A stretch of 64,000 nt of DNA from Minisyncoccota bacterium (GCA_041653755.1 JBAZEU010000003.1:18738-82737); one strand, 5' to 3'; positions 37,516 to 47,697 are shown, counted from the first letter of the stretch. The notes: generated by a model from the sequence alone, not told the origin. A program made the numbers and translations.

Positions 37516-39032
37516 TATGGTTCGCGCCTAAGCACTTTCCCGGCCAATATATTTGTGAACTGAGAATTATTCACCGCAATCTTGCCGTTCACGATAACCG
37601 TCTGAATTTTTCCGTCTTTAAAAATAGTTAAATCAGCGAAATTTCCGTCTCTTATTACTCCCCTACCTTTCAAACCTAAGATTTTTGCCGGCAAAGACGT
37701 AATTTTCTTAACCGCTTCTTCGACAGGCATTAACCCCTGCCTGCCGGCAGGCAGGCTTTTCTCTGCCATCTCCAAAAATTTTGGAAAAGTTTGAGTTGCT
37801 CTGTCCGGCTTTAAAACTTTAAAACTATCGGCAAAAGCGGCGCTATTCGAAGCAATAACCGCTTGGCTATGCTTTAACGCTTCTTTCACACCAACAATAC
37901 TGATATTTTTGTAAAACACCACTGCTTGAAAATTAGTCAGTTCCATCAAAGCCAATAAGCCCTCTCTGACTTCCGAATTCCTATTGTCAGAAAATTCTTT
38001 CAAGGTTTTCCCGACTAAATACGGATGCTTCGGCGCATGGGATATTAAAATTTCTTCTCCTTTCAGCCGGGGTAATTCTTTGATAATTTTTTCTCTAATG
38101 TCCGGATTTTTTAAATTTTCTTTAATCACTTCTTCTCCTCCTCTTAATACCCAGTTGGGCAAAAATGAATGGATTGAAACAGTGCTGGTTGAAAATGGAT
38201 ATAAATCAAAATATACATCTACGATATGCAAGCTCTGACTGATAAGTTCCAACGATTGTTCATAATCTTTTTTATAGCCCATGATCGGCCGGAAATGACT
38301 GATTAGAGTTTTCACTCTGCTTTCTTTGGCTAAATTAAGAGTTTCATTTATCGAAGACAAAAGTCCTTTCTTCTCGTCACGAAGATGACTGGCATAAAAT
38401 GCTTTATGTTTAGAAACAATCGATAATAAAGCTTTAATTTCTTCGTAAGGTGTTTCTATCCCTTGGCCATAACCCAAACCGGTAGAAAAACCGAAAGCCC
38501 CTTCTTTCAAAGATTTTTCCAAAATTGATTTGAAAACATTAATTTCGTTCTTTGTTAAATCCCTGAAGTCATCGCCGATTAAATCTCTCTTGATTGTTCC
38601 GTGGCCAACTAAAGTTCCGAAATTAACTCCCAACTGTCTTCTTGATAAAACCTTCAAGAATTCTCCAACTGTTCTCCATGAAATATTTACCGCATCTATA
38701 TCTGTCCAATGCTTTATCGCTCCTAATGATCCGTAAATTAACGGCGCCAAAGATGAACCGCACTGGCCACCGATGATTGTGGTTACCCCTTGAAGAAGTA
38801 AATCTTTTTGTGAAGGATTAGAAAAAATCGTTAGATAACGGTCAGAATCATTGTTTATATCAATAAAACCGGGCGCTAAATAAGCACCCATCCCGTCGAT
38901 AATATGGGCCGCTTTATAAGAAGGAAAGCTACCCATGGCAAAAATTTTATCGTTCTTAATTAAAACGTCTGCTTTAGCCGACGCCCTACCAGTACCATCG
39001 ATAAGCTGAACATTTTTAATTAAAGTAGTCAT
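37515..39032 (-). CDS. N-acyl-D-amino-acid deacylase-like amidohydrolase with degenerate metal motif
   Basis: IDGTG, APGFID, QGVTT..GQCG, GFSTGL, SHLRDE, ADLTIF; HxHxD appears as NNDSD. Confidence 0.82.
   Translation of the reverse strand: MTTLIKNVQLIDGTGRASAKADVLIKNDKIFAMGSFPSYKAAHIIDGMGAYLAPGFIDINNDSDRYLTIFSNPSQKDLLLQGVTTIIGGQCGSSLAPLIYGSLGAIKHWTDIDAVNISWRTVGEFLKVLSRRQLGVNFGTLVGHGTIKRDLIGDDFRDLTKNEINVFKSILEKSLKEGAFGFSTGLGYGQGIETPYEEIKALLSIVSKHKAFYASHLRDEKKGLLSSINETLNLAKESRVKTLISHFRPIMGYKKDYEQSLELISQSLHIVDVYFDLYPFSTSTVSIHSFLPNWVLRGGEEVIKENLKNPDIREKIIKELPRLKGEEILISHAPKHPYLVGKTLKEFSDNRNSEVREGLLALMELTNFQAVVFYKNISIVGVKEALKHSQAVIASNSAAFADSFKVLKPDRATQTFPKFLEMAEKSLPAGRQGLMPVEEAVKKITSLPAKILGLKGRGVIRDGNFADLTIFKDGKIQTVIVNGKIAVNNSQFTNILAGKVLRREP
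37736..37755. repeat. Palindromic element, perfect 20 bp, in frame
   Basis: cctgcctgccggcaggcagg read as SLPAGRQG. Confidence 0.92.
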
Positions 39033-39049
39033 TAGAAGATAAATTTAAC

Positions 39050-39550
39050 TTATTTTACTAAATTCTTTCCTTTTGATAAAAATTTGAAAAGCTCCAAACT
39101 TTCGTTCCTCATAATATTCCCAGTTATTTTTATTGGGCTGCCACCAACGATTTTCATTTTCTTATTTGAAATAGTAAGTTCGTCAAATCCATATCTCTTT
39201 GAATCTTCTATTCTCATACCAAACACAATTTTAGAAATTTTTGCCCAATGGCAAGCGCTAAAACACATAGGGCAGGGTTCGCAGGTGGAATAGATTACAC
39301 AACCCGATAAATCAACAGTTTTAAGTTTCCTGCAAGCCCCTCTAATAGCGCAAATTTCTGCATGAGAGGTTATATCTTTGTTCCTCCGTACTTTATTGTG
39401 GGCACAAATAATTATCTTTCTATTTTTGACTATGCATGCCCCAAAAGGATTTTGACCGTTTTTAATGCCTTGCTTCGCCTTATTAATAGCAATTCCCATA
39501 AATTCACTATCATCCATTTTTTTCTTTTTTACGGCGGTAGTATAAGACAT
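39050..39550 (-). CDS. Nucleoside/guanine deaminase (CDA fold)
   Basis: PFGA, HAE, CEPCPMC. Confidence 0.88.
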   Translation of the reverse strand: MSYTTAVKKKKMDDSEFMGIAINKAKQGIKNGQNPFGACIVKNRKIIICAHNKVRRNKDITSHAEICAIRGACRKLKTVDLSGCVIYSTCEPCPMCFSACHWAKISKIVFGMRIEDSKRYGFDELTISNKKMKIVGGSPIKITGNIMRNESLELFKFLSKGKNLVK

Positions 39551-39556
39551 TAAAAC

Positions 39557-40600
39557 TTATAAATATCTTGCTAAGAAAAATATCGCTAACCCTAATCCGA
39601 CAGAAACCGCGGAAATAATCCAGAAACGCATTGTCACCTGGCTCTCCGGCCAACCTCTCGCTTCGAAATGATGATGAATCGGAGTGGAGAGAAAAGTTTT
39701 TCTCTTAAATAATTTTTTACTTGTTAATTGAATGATAACCGAAGCCGATTCTATTAATAGAATTACGCCGAAGAATGGCAACAGCAAAGTAGTGTTGGTC
39801 AACATCGCCATCACGCCTAAGGTAATTCCTAATGACATCGAACCGGTATCTCCCATAAAAAACCTTGCCGGATAAATATTGAACCACAGAAAAGCTAAAA
39901 GCGCGCCGGATAAAACCGACGAAAAAGCCGCCAAGTGATAACGATTGAGAATGAAAGCGACTACTGTCAAAGCGGCAAAAGCAAACAAAGAAACTCCTCC
40001 GAGTAAACCATCCAAACCGTCTGTTTCATTCGCCGAAAAAGCCGCAGCAATAATTACAAACATAAAAACCGGAACATACCAGCCGCCTATCGGAATATTC
40101 CCGACAAACGGGACGTATAGAACTGTCCATTGAAGCTTAAAATAAAACCACCATGCGCCGACAGCAGCAATCACAGCATAAATAATCAATTTATGAGAAA
40201 TTCGCAAGCCGCCACCATTAGGCCCGATTCTGAACTTACCCAACAAATCATCAACTAATCCGATTAAAGCGGCAAAAAGCAAAGCGGCAATAGGCAGATA
40301 TGTTTGAGCTCTATCAACGAAATTAAAATATTGGAAAAATCCGTCAAAAAAATGGCTCAAGATAAAAAATATCAAGGCCAGTCCCAAAACCGTTCCCCAA
40401 ATTATTATTCCACCCATTGTCGGAGTCCCTTCTTTCTTCTGATGGAACTTCGTGAAAATCGGCGTATCTGAACCGTTTCTGATTTGTTTTCCTATTTGAT
40501 GTTTGTGTAAAAATCTGTCGAGGAACGGCGTAAAAAATAACGCCGTTAAAAAACCTATTCCCCCTAAAATTAAAATTCTTGTTGCCTGTAAAATTACCAT
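39557..40600 (-). CDS. mraY: Phospho-N-acetylmuramoyl-pentapeptide transferase
   Basis: GTPTMGG, DD, NETDGLDGL, FMGDTGS, PIHHHFE. Confidence 0.96.
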   Translation of the reverse strand: MVILQATRILILGGIGFLTALFFTPFLDRFLHKHQIGKQIRNGSDTPIFTKFHQKKEGTPTMGGIIIWGTVLGLALIFFILSHFFDGFFQYFNFVDRAQTYLPIAALLFAALIGLVDDLLGKFRIGPNGGGLRISHKLIIYAVIAAVGAWWFYFKLQWTVLYVPFVGNIPIGGWYVPVFMFVIIAAAFSANETDGLDGLLGGVSLFAFAALTVVAFILNRYHLAAFSSVLSGALLAFLWFNIYPARFFMGDTGSMSLGITLGVMAMLTNTTLLLPFFGVILLIESASVIIQLTSKKLFKRKTFLSTPIHHHFEARGWPESQVTMRFWIISAVSVGLGLAIFFLARYL

Positions 40601-40609
40601 GATAATATA

Positions 40610-40722
40610 AATTCTAATCTCTAATATCTAAATTCTGAACAATATCTAATTATCTAAATTATAAACTTTTTGGATTTTGCTATTTTTGATTTGTTTAGAT
40701 TTTAGGATTTCGGATTTAGGGT
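40610..40722. repeat. Degenerate 7-mer repeat tract with inverted halves
   Basis: aattcta/tatctaa/aattctg-type units followed by complementary ttagatt/taggatt/tcggatt units. Confidence 0.65.
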
Positions 40723-40731
40723 TTACTGCTT

Positions 40732-41661
40732 CTAATTATTTAGAAGCAGGCGTGTATCTCCAAACCTATCCTCGCTCCCTAAGACAATTATCAAAATCGG
40801 GCCTCTGCCATTTGAGTCCTGAAATAATGAAATTAAATTACCTTTCGATTCATCAATAAATCCGGTTTTCCCGCCCAAGAAATTAGCTTGTCCGGCAAAT
40901 TCGTTGATGCTATTTAAAATTCTTGATTTTTCGCTTTGTGTTTCTGTAATAGAAATTATTTTCTGAGTGGTAATTTTAAAAATTTCCGGATTATTTAAAT
41001 AAATATAATTCACTAATTTTGCCAAATCATTTGCAGTTGATTGGTTCAGAAAAGAAATGCCGGTTGGATCAACAAATTTTGTTTCGGTCATTTTCAATTC
41101 AACCGCTTTTTGATTCATCGCTGTAATAAAATCCTGTTCGCCGTATGTTTCCGCTAATGCTTCTGCCGCGTCATTGCTTGATAAAGTAAGCATCGCTTTT
41201 AATAAATTACTGGCTTTATATGTATCGCCAACCCTAAAATCACCCGATACTCCTTCCGCTTCTATCGCATGCTCACTTAATTTAATCTCCGTATTTAAAT
41301 CAATTTTTTCTGTCACAATCAACGCTGTCATTAATTTTGTCAAAGAAGCAATTGGCCAACGATTTTCAGTTTTTTGTTCCGCTAAATCAACGCCAGTATT
41401 TAATAATCTTTTCAAAAAGACTTGAGCGTAAATTTTTGGCTGTAAATTTTGAGTAGTCGTTACGTTATCGCCCGCTGATGTTGTTTTTAAAACCGCAGCC
41501 GCTGATGAAGAATTTACTGCTTGAGTTTCCTGGCTTTTCGCTGTTTCAACTAAAAATTGAGGGTTATTTCCCCTTTCTTGGATCAAAAGACGTACATACG
41601 ACGAAGTGAAGAAAACAGAAACTAAAATTATTGCGGCCAGTAAAAGCCCTTGGAATTTCAT
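40732..41661 (-). CDS. D-alanyl-D-alanine carboxypeptidase (S11)
   Basis: PIASLTK, SSN, GKTG; N-terminal TM. Confidence 0.9.
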   Translation of the reverse strand: MKFQGLLLAAIILVSVFFTSSYVRLLIQERGNNPQFLVETAKSQETQAVNSSSAAAVLKTTSAGDNVTTTQNLQPKIYAQVFLKRLLNTGVDLAEQKTENRWPIASLTKLMTALIVTEKIDLNTEIKLSEHAIEAEGVSGDFRVGDTYKASNLLKAMLTLSSNDAAEALAETYGEQDFITAMNQKAVELKMTETKFVDPTGISFLNQSTANDLAKLVNYIYLNNPEIFKITTQKIISITETQSEKSRILNSINEFAGQANFLGGKTGFIDESKGNLISLFQDSNGRGPILIIVLGSEDRFGDTRLLLNN

Positions 41662-41706
41662 AATAACATCTTATCAAAAATAAATTGGCTTTACAATTGC
41701 TTATTT

Positions 41707-43062
41707 TTAGAAAAAGCTGTCCTTTATGTAGTTAAAAATTGTCTCGGTGTCTTTTCTGGCATCGCTAGATCCTAATACTTCAATAGCGATAGGTCTTATT
41801 GCGCCGTCTTTCTGGATTTCAAAAACCGATAACATCGATTCTTCGCCAGAATCAGTTTTCCCCCACTCCCCTCCAACAAATTCTTGCTCATTAATTGCGT
41901 TATAATTTTCTAAATTAGAAAATGACGGCTGACCATAAAAAGAATAGTCTAGTTTTTGTGAAGTTAGTTTAAATATAAAATTTTTATTGTTGTAGATATA
42001 TTTTGCCAAGGTAAATAAATCTTCTGCGTTAGAGATATCGTTGTTCCCACTTCCGGAAGCATCTTCAAGGCTGGAATTTTGCATTCCGATAGCTTTTACC
42101 TTTTCGTTCATTAATCCAACAAACCTTTCTTTTCCTAGCTGCAAAGACAATACTTCCGCTGCTTCATTTGATGACTCCAACAAAAGAGGATACAAAAAAT
42201 CATACAAATTAACCTTTTGACCAACTTGTAAACGCGGTTTAGAAGTTGGCACTATCATTTCTTTTTTCACTGTTATGGTTTTGTCTAGATTAATATAATC
42301 CATGGAAACCATTGCCGTGATGAGTTTTGCCGCAGAAGCCGCTGGCTTTATATCCCTTGAAGCTCCTTCGAAAAAAACAAAATTATCTTTTATATCAACC
42401 GCTAAATAGCTTTGAGCTGTTATGCCGGGGATTTTTTTCTGATATTGAAAACTGTCTTGAGCAGGCTGATTTGTAAAAACTAAAACTGGTTCGCCAACCA
42501 CCGTAATTTCATAAATCGCCTTTGCGTCTTCGTCTGAAAGACGAATACATCCTCCGGAATAAGCGGAAGAAACTTTCTGCCCATTTTTATAATAAGGCCA
42601 GCCGTGAATGAAAAAGTTTCCTTGAAACTCCATGCTCCAACGAAAATAAACTTTTGCAATCGAAGAAAAATGACTTGGCTCTTTTAAATCAATTTCATAC
42701 ATTCCGGCCGGTGTTTGCCACCAAGAACCTTCCATCCCTTTAGCCAAAATAGGAACTTGCTTAACAAGTCGTCCACCGATATAAGCGCTTAGTTGCATCG
42801 TGGATAAGTCCGCTTCCAAAAAAGCTGCTTTCTGTTCGATTAAACTATTAACAACATTTTTAAAATAATCAGGGTTGCTTAATGTCGGCTGCGAACCATA
42901 CTGCAAAGAAGAAACAACTACTTGCCCCTGCGGTAAAGGAAAGCTGTATTTATAAATAGTCTGGTTGAAAAAAATTATCCATACAGCAGCCGCAGCAACC
43001 AAAATAAAAACGATTAGAACAACAACCCAGAGATTTATTTTTTTTAAAAAAATATTTTTCAC
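41707..43062 (-). CDS. L,D-transpeptidase (YkuD) fused to S11 carboxypeptidase-like domain
   Basis: TPAG, IHGW..SGGCIRL; then ASAAK, ESSN, GKTD. Confidence 0.85.
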   Translation of the reverse strand: MKNIFLKKINLWVVVLIVFILVAAAAVWIIFFNQTIYKYSFPLPQGQVVVSSLQYGSQPTLSNPDYFKNVVNSLIEQKAAFLEADLSTMQLSAYIGGRLVKQVPILAKGMEGSWWQTPAGMYEIDLKEPSHFSSIAKVYFRWSMEFQGNFFIHGWPYYKNGQKVSSAYSGGCIRLSDEDAKAIYEITVVGEPVLVFTNQPAQDSFQYQKKIPGITAQSYLAVDIKDNFVFFEGASRDIKPAASAAKLITAMVSMDYINLDKTITVKKEMIVPTSKPRLQVGQKVNLYDFLYPLLLESSNEAAEVLSLQLGKERFVGLMNEKVKAIGMQNSSLEDASGSGNNDISNAEDLFTLAKYIYNNKNFIFKLTSQKLDYSFYGQPSFSNLENYNAINEQEFVGGEWGKTDSGEESMLSVFEIQKDGAIRPIAIEVLGSSDARKDTETIFNYIKDSFF

Positions 43063-43077
43063 TTTAGTCGTAAATTA

Positions 43078-44361
43078 TTAATTTGGCAGTAACGCTCCTT
43101 TCGTATAAACATTCCTCGGATCCCAAAGCATCCAACCGTCTGATAATCCGGCATCATGGACTGCCTGAATCTGTTCTCTGACCATTTCTGCCGTGTAGTC
43201 CGCTCCCAAATCAAAATCCTGAAGCCAAGGACGAAGCTTGGCAATCGGAGCAACGAAACATTTCGGCGAATAAGCTGGCGTTGAAGTTGAGCTCGTCGCA
43301 CTGGTTGTAGATACCGTACCATTCCCTGATAAACAGTTTTTCAATCGTTGGTTCGCTATTTCCATCGAGTATTTTACCACTTCATACGGATAAAGGGCAG
43401 GCTTTTTATATCCTAAAAATCCAGACGCATAATGGCTCGGATAAACCATCGGACAAACATAATCAAAATACTGATAAGCGTTTTCTATGACTTGCCCAAT
43501 TCCCAAATCGTCTGAATTAACAGTTGTTAGCCCAAAAAGATCAGCGGAAATTTTATTACCGGCTGTCTGCTCTCTAAGATATTTCATGAAACTTCTAAGG
43601 ATTCCACTTTTGGTGTTTTTACCGTCATACACGGGATACGACATATCGCTCATTTTTCCATCAGAAGGGAAACGAATATAATCAAAATTTACTTCATCAA
43701 ATCCCCTACCAAACGCATCTTTGGCAATCATAATATTATAATCCCAAACTTCTTTTGAAGCCGGATCCATCCACGCCAAACCTTTATTGTCTTTCCATGT
43801 TGTTCCAGTTGATTTGCTTTGAACCGCTAGATCGGGTCGAGCTTTTGCTAAAACCGGATCTTGGAAAATTGTAATTCTCGCAATTGCATAAATTCCTTCA
43901 TCGTGAAGCTTTTTAATAACAGTATTTATTCTTGGAGTTCTTAATTCTTTCGCTTTGTATTTTTCAATATCGCTATTTTGAATATCATAAGTGATGTATC
44001 CAGAATAATCTTTTATATCGATTACCATCGCATTGATTTCTGTTTCTTTCGCTAGATTGATTAATCGGTTTAATTCTGTTTGGCCACCGGCAACCCAGCT
44101 TGTTACGTAAATTGATTTAATAACGCTTGGCGGATTTGCCAATGGTTTTTGGTTTTCGATATCTCCTGTTCCGTTCGTGGTTTTTATTGGATCAGTCGCT
44201 TCCGCCTCTGTTGTGCTTGGCAAAGTTGAAGTAACAGTTGATGTACTATTTATTGATGCTAAATTTTGGCTAGGCGAAACTTCAAAGTTTGTTGTCTTTG
44301 AAAAAACAAAAAATAGGCCAGCGCCTACGACAACGACTAAAGATAAAATCAGATATTTCAT
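43078..44361 (-). CDS. Putative glycoside hydrolase (DUF4015-like)
   Basis: NAMVIDIKD, ARITIFQD, GFDEVNFDYIRFP, PMVYPSHY, RPWLQDF. Confidence 0.82.
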   Translation of the reverse strand: MKYLILSLVVVVGAGLFFVFSKTTNFEVSPSQNLASINSTSTVTSTLPSTTEAEATDPIKTTNGTGDIENQKPLANPPSVIKSIYVTSWVAGGQTELNRLINLAKETEINAMVIDIKDYSGYITYDIQNSDIEKYKAKELRTPRINTVIKKLHDEGIYAIARITIFQDPVLAKARPDLAVQSKSTGTTWKDNKGLAWMDPASKEVWDYNIMIAKDAFGRGFDEVNFDYIRFPSDGKMSDMSYPVYDGKNTKSGILRSFMKYLREQTAGNKISADLFGLTTVNSDDLGIGQVIENAYQYFDYVCPMVYPSHYASGFLGYKKPALYPYEVVKYSMEIANQRLKNCLSGNGTVSTTSATSSTSTPAYSPKCFVAPIAKLRPWLQDFDLGADYTAEMVREQIQAVHDAGLSDGWMLWDPRNVYTKGALLPN

Positions 44362-44404
44362 TTAGTTAAATTTAACAATAAATTTGACGGTTTACAATAA
44401 ATAA

Positions 44405-44442
44405 AATGCCCCTGAATCGAATGAGATTCAAGGGCATTCTTT
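44405..44442. terminator. Intrinsic terminator
   Basis: aatgcccctgaatc..gattcaagggcatt. Confidence 0.7.
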
Positions 44443-44449
44443 ATGCTTG

Positions 44450-45106
44450 TTAGCGAGGGCAGAATCCTATCCCGAAGCCGTAAAAGTTTTCCTTGTCGGT
44501 AAACTTTGTTCTCAGCTCAGGTATGATCGTACCCCACTTTGTTTCAAAACATTTGGATGCTCTTACAACAGTGATTTCTTCTCCGCAGGCTACGTCCACT
44601 CTCGTTCCTTTCTTGGAATAGCTCAACCCATAAAGAGGATCACTGTCCTCAGAAAAAGTCGCATAGGCTGTGAAATCACTTATTTTCACCCGTGGACCTA
44701 CTTGCACTTCTTCTTCGGACTGCATCGGGATAAGAACGCCTAAGCCAAGTTTCGCGTTGTGAAAATCAACGGCGATTTCTTGCCTTGTCGTAAACGTTCC
44801 CGCATCCCATTCCCCTTCATTGTTAAGCGCGACATCGAGCCAAGATGTAAACTTCTTAGATACTGTTAAATCGAAAACTCGATCCGTGCTCATTTCATTC
44901 TCCCAGCTGCAAAAAGACACGTTTACATCTTTAGCAACAGGAAGAATCGCCAACGCCCACTTCGGTCCCCCATCATAAACCAATTTGTAAAACTGGCCAT
45001 CAGAGAACCTGTACGAATCCGTGACGTCAGCAGGGTTACCGGCGAAAGCACTTTGCGCAATCCCGGCCACCAGAAGAATCGAAAAAAGAATTTTCCACAG
45101 CTTCAT
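44450..45106 (-). CDS. Secreted beta-rich hypothetical protein
   Basis: SPI signal peptide (..QSAFA), TAAGGAGG SD, C-terminal FYGFGIGF strand. Confidence 0.75.
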   Translation of the reverse strand: MKLWKILFSILLVAGIAQSAFAGNPADVTDSYRFSDGQFYKLVYDGGPKWALAILPVAKDVNVSFCSWENEMSTDRVFDLTVSKKFTSWLDVALNNEGEWDAGTFTTRQEIAVDFHNAKLGLGVLIPMQSEEEVQVGPRVKISDFTAYATFSEDSDPLYGLSYSKKGTRVDVACGEEITVVRASKCFETKWGTIIPELRTKFTDKENFYGFGIGFCPR

Positions 45107-45146
45107 TGTTTCCTCCTTAATTATGTCGGAGGAAACCTTCCTCCGA

Positions 45147-46337
45147 CTATTTGATTAAACAAACTGATCCAATCAAATAGTCGTTAAGAGGAACATGGTC
45201 AATTCTCTTCAGCAAAATCTTCCGGGGTAATAATTTTATCAAAGGATAAATCCTGCCGAGAAACTTTGGCTTTGAAACTTCCATAGTTCCTACCGGCAAA
45301 CACCATTGACCCGAATCAACAATTTTCAAACTTAAATTATGAATTGTTTGCGAAGTTGCTAATTGATCTGTTGGCATACTTATTGCCGTGCAATGGATCG
45401 GGCCGTTTCTCGTTGACGCTTCGACAAAAGTAACTGGCCATACCACTCGCAGGCAAAGGATTGCTAACAAAGCTATAATCAGCCCTCGCTGAAACCTGCC
45501 TTCATTTTTCACTCTAAAGGCATTTATCCAGCTGAAATACTGATCACTGTTAGCAACTTTCCTGATTGTTTCTCGTTCTTGAATGGTTAATTTCCGAAAG
45601 ACTTTTCCTAGTCTTCGGAGCTCTGCTTCCACTCTTATTTCCCTCACAACATTGTAGGGATATTTATGGAAATAGAGAGGCCATGCAAGAACTGCCAGCG
45701 CGAATTTTCTTTTCTCTGCCAGAACGGTTTCGAGAATTCCACTTCCCTCTGCCATTCTTACTAGAAAAAAAGCAATAGCCAAGAAAATTGATCGACGGTA
45801 GAAAACCAAGAGCCACGTGAAGAAATCAGAAAAGTTTTTTGGCGCGCGGCTTTTTGCAGAAGAACGTACAGTTTCACGAAACTGCTCTCCTTCTGCTTTT
45901 CCACCATCACGCCATTCTTTATAATCTTTCTGAGCTTCAACAATTTCATTCTCTGTAAAAAGTTTTCTCTTGATGTTCGAACCAACGATACTGTTCATAC
46001 GACTGAGCTGTGGATCAGGGTCAAATAAAGCGGTATAACATTCCAATTTTTTCTCGTCGATTTTTTTCAAATCTCCAAAATAATCCTTAGGACTGTATGC
46101 CTCCCCTTTTTTCTCCGCTTCTTTCGCAAGTTGCTCAGCGAATGCTACTAGGCCTCTACCATGCTGAATTTCTAAGTTGACGTTCCTGTTCCTTTGATGT
46201 TCTGCTCCATCCCTTATACCGTCAGCAAATGGCTTTGACAATCCGGCTGCCCAGAATATCCAAAAAATAATTAAGACAAATTTGAATATTCCTCCGTTAT
46301 TACCTAAAATCCGTTCCAAATGTTTTATTATCTTCAT
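45147..46337 (-). CDS. Hypothetical multi-TM membrane protein (start 46337, MKIIKH)
   Basis: TAAGGAG SD and TTGACA-17-TATATT promoter at 46413-46385. Confidence 0.72.
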   Translation of the reverse strand: MKIIKHLERILGNNGGIFKFVLIIFWIFWAAGLSKPFADGIRDGAEHQRNRNVNLEIQHGRGLVAFAEQLAKEAEKKGEAYSPKDYFGDLKKIDEKKLECYTALFDPDPQLSRMNSIVGSNIKRKLFTENEIVEAQKDYKEWRDGGKAEGEQFRETVRSSAKSRAPKNFSDFFTWLLVFYRRSIFLAIAFFLVRMAEGSGILETVLAEKRKFALAVLAWPLYFHKYPYNVVREIRVEAELRRLGKVFRKLTIQERETIRKVANSDQYFSWINAFRVKNEGRFQRGLIIALLAILCLRVVWPVTFVEASTRNGPIHCTAISMPTDQLATSQTIHNLSLKIVDSGQWCLPVGTMEVSKPKFLGRIYPLIKLLPRKILLKRIDHVPLNDYLIGSVCLIK

Positions 46338-46475
46338 TTTTCTCTCCTTATATTTAAATTGCAAAGAACAGCTTAACCGTGGTAAATATAACATATAAAT
46401 TATTAATTGTCAATATAATCTACAGCTTCTTTTTGATTTGAATCTACTTCTAAAAACCTGTAAACTAAACCTATT

Positions 46476-47579
46476 ATGGCTCTCGCTATTTATAGAAAAT
46501 ATCGACCGAGAACTTTTGAAGATGTTTTAGGGCAAGAGAATATCACAGAGCTTCTAAAAAATGCCGCGGCTTCAAATCGATTGGCGCATGCTTATCTTTT
46601 TTTCGGACCAAGAGGATGCGGAAAAACAACTACTGCTCGTTTGATTGCCAAAATCGCCAATTGCGAAACTCGTCAGCAAGACGAAAATTTTAGAAAAAAA
46701 GGCGAACCTTGTAATCATTGCCGAGTTTGTAAAGAAGTCGATGAAGGGCATGCTCTAGACATTATTGAAATTGATGCCGCTTCAAATCGTGGTATTGATG
46801 AAATCAGAAATTTAAAAGAAGGGATAAACCTCTCCCCTACTTCTTATCAATATAAAGTTTTTATTATTGATGAAGCACATCAATTAACCAAAGAAGCGTT
46901 TAATGCTTTATTAAAAACCTTGGAGGAACCGCCAGCTCACGCAATTTTAATTTTAGCCACAACTCAAATAGAAAAAATCCCGGCAACGATCGCCTCTCGA
47001 ACTCAAAGATTTCAATTTAAAAAAGTTCCGCTTTTAACGATTGTTGAAAAATTAAAGAAAATTGTTGAACAAGAAAAAATTGAAATCACTAAAGATGCTT
47101 TGGAAATGGTGGCGGCTGCGGCTGAAGGAAGTTTCAGAGACTCAGAAAGTTTATTGGAACAACTAGCAAGTTTGTCAGAAAAAATAAACCTGGAAAATGT
47201 TGAACAAACATTGGGCCGGGTTGGATTCTTAAAAACAGCCGGATTAGCAGAATTATTGGTTAAAAAAGATATGAAAGCGGCTTTGGAATATTTATACGAA
47301 ATAAACGAGAGCGGATATAATCTTGTCCAATTTAATAAAGATCTAATTCATTATTTGAGGCGGGTTTTATCCCTGAAATTAAATCCCCAACTCGAAAATA
47401 TGTTTAAAAAGGAAATCACTGACTCCGAGCTTGAAATTATCAAAAAACATAGTAAAATAGCCGAAGATCAACAATTGATAAAATTGATAAAATCTTTGAT
47501 TGAAGCATACACTGAAATGCGCTATTCACCGTTTACGGTAGTACCACTGGAAGTAGCAATCGTAGAAAACTTAAAGTAA
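46476..47579 (+). CDS. dnaX: DNA polymerase III subunit gamma/tau
   Basis: YRKYRP, GPRGCGKT, EIDAAS, DEAH, NALLKTLEEPP. Confidence 0.96.
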   Translation: MALAIYRKYRPRTFEDVLGQENITELLKNAAASNRLAHAYLFFGPRGCGKTTTARLIAKIANCETRQQDENFRKKGEPCNHCRVCKEVDEGHALDIIEIDAASNRGIDEIRNLKEGINLSPTSYQYKVFIIDEAHQLTKEAFNALLKTLEEPPAHAILILATTQIEKIPATIASRTQRFQFKKVPLLTIVEKLKKIVEQEKIEITKDALEMVAAAAEGSFRDSESLLEQLASLSEKINLENVEQTLGRVGFLKTAGLAELLVKKDMKAALEYLYEINESGYNLVQFNKDLIHYLRRVLSLKLNPQLENMFKKEITDSELEIIKKHSKIAEDQQLIKLIKSLIEAYTEMRYSPFTVVPLEVAIVENLK

Positions 47580-47583
47580 TTAT

Positions 47584-47657
<74 letters not shown>

Positions 47658-47697
47658 TCAACATTTTTTATCCCAAGGCCGTATCACATAAATTTAA

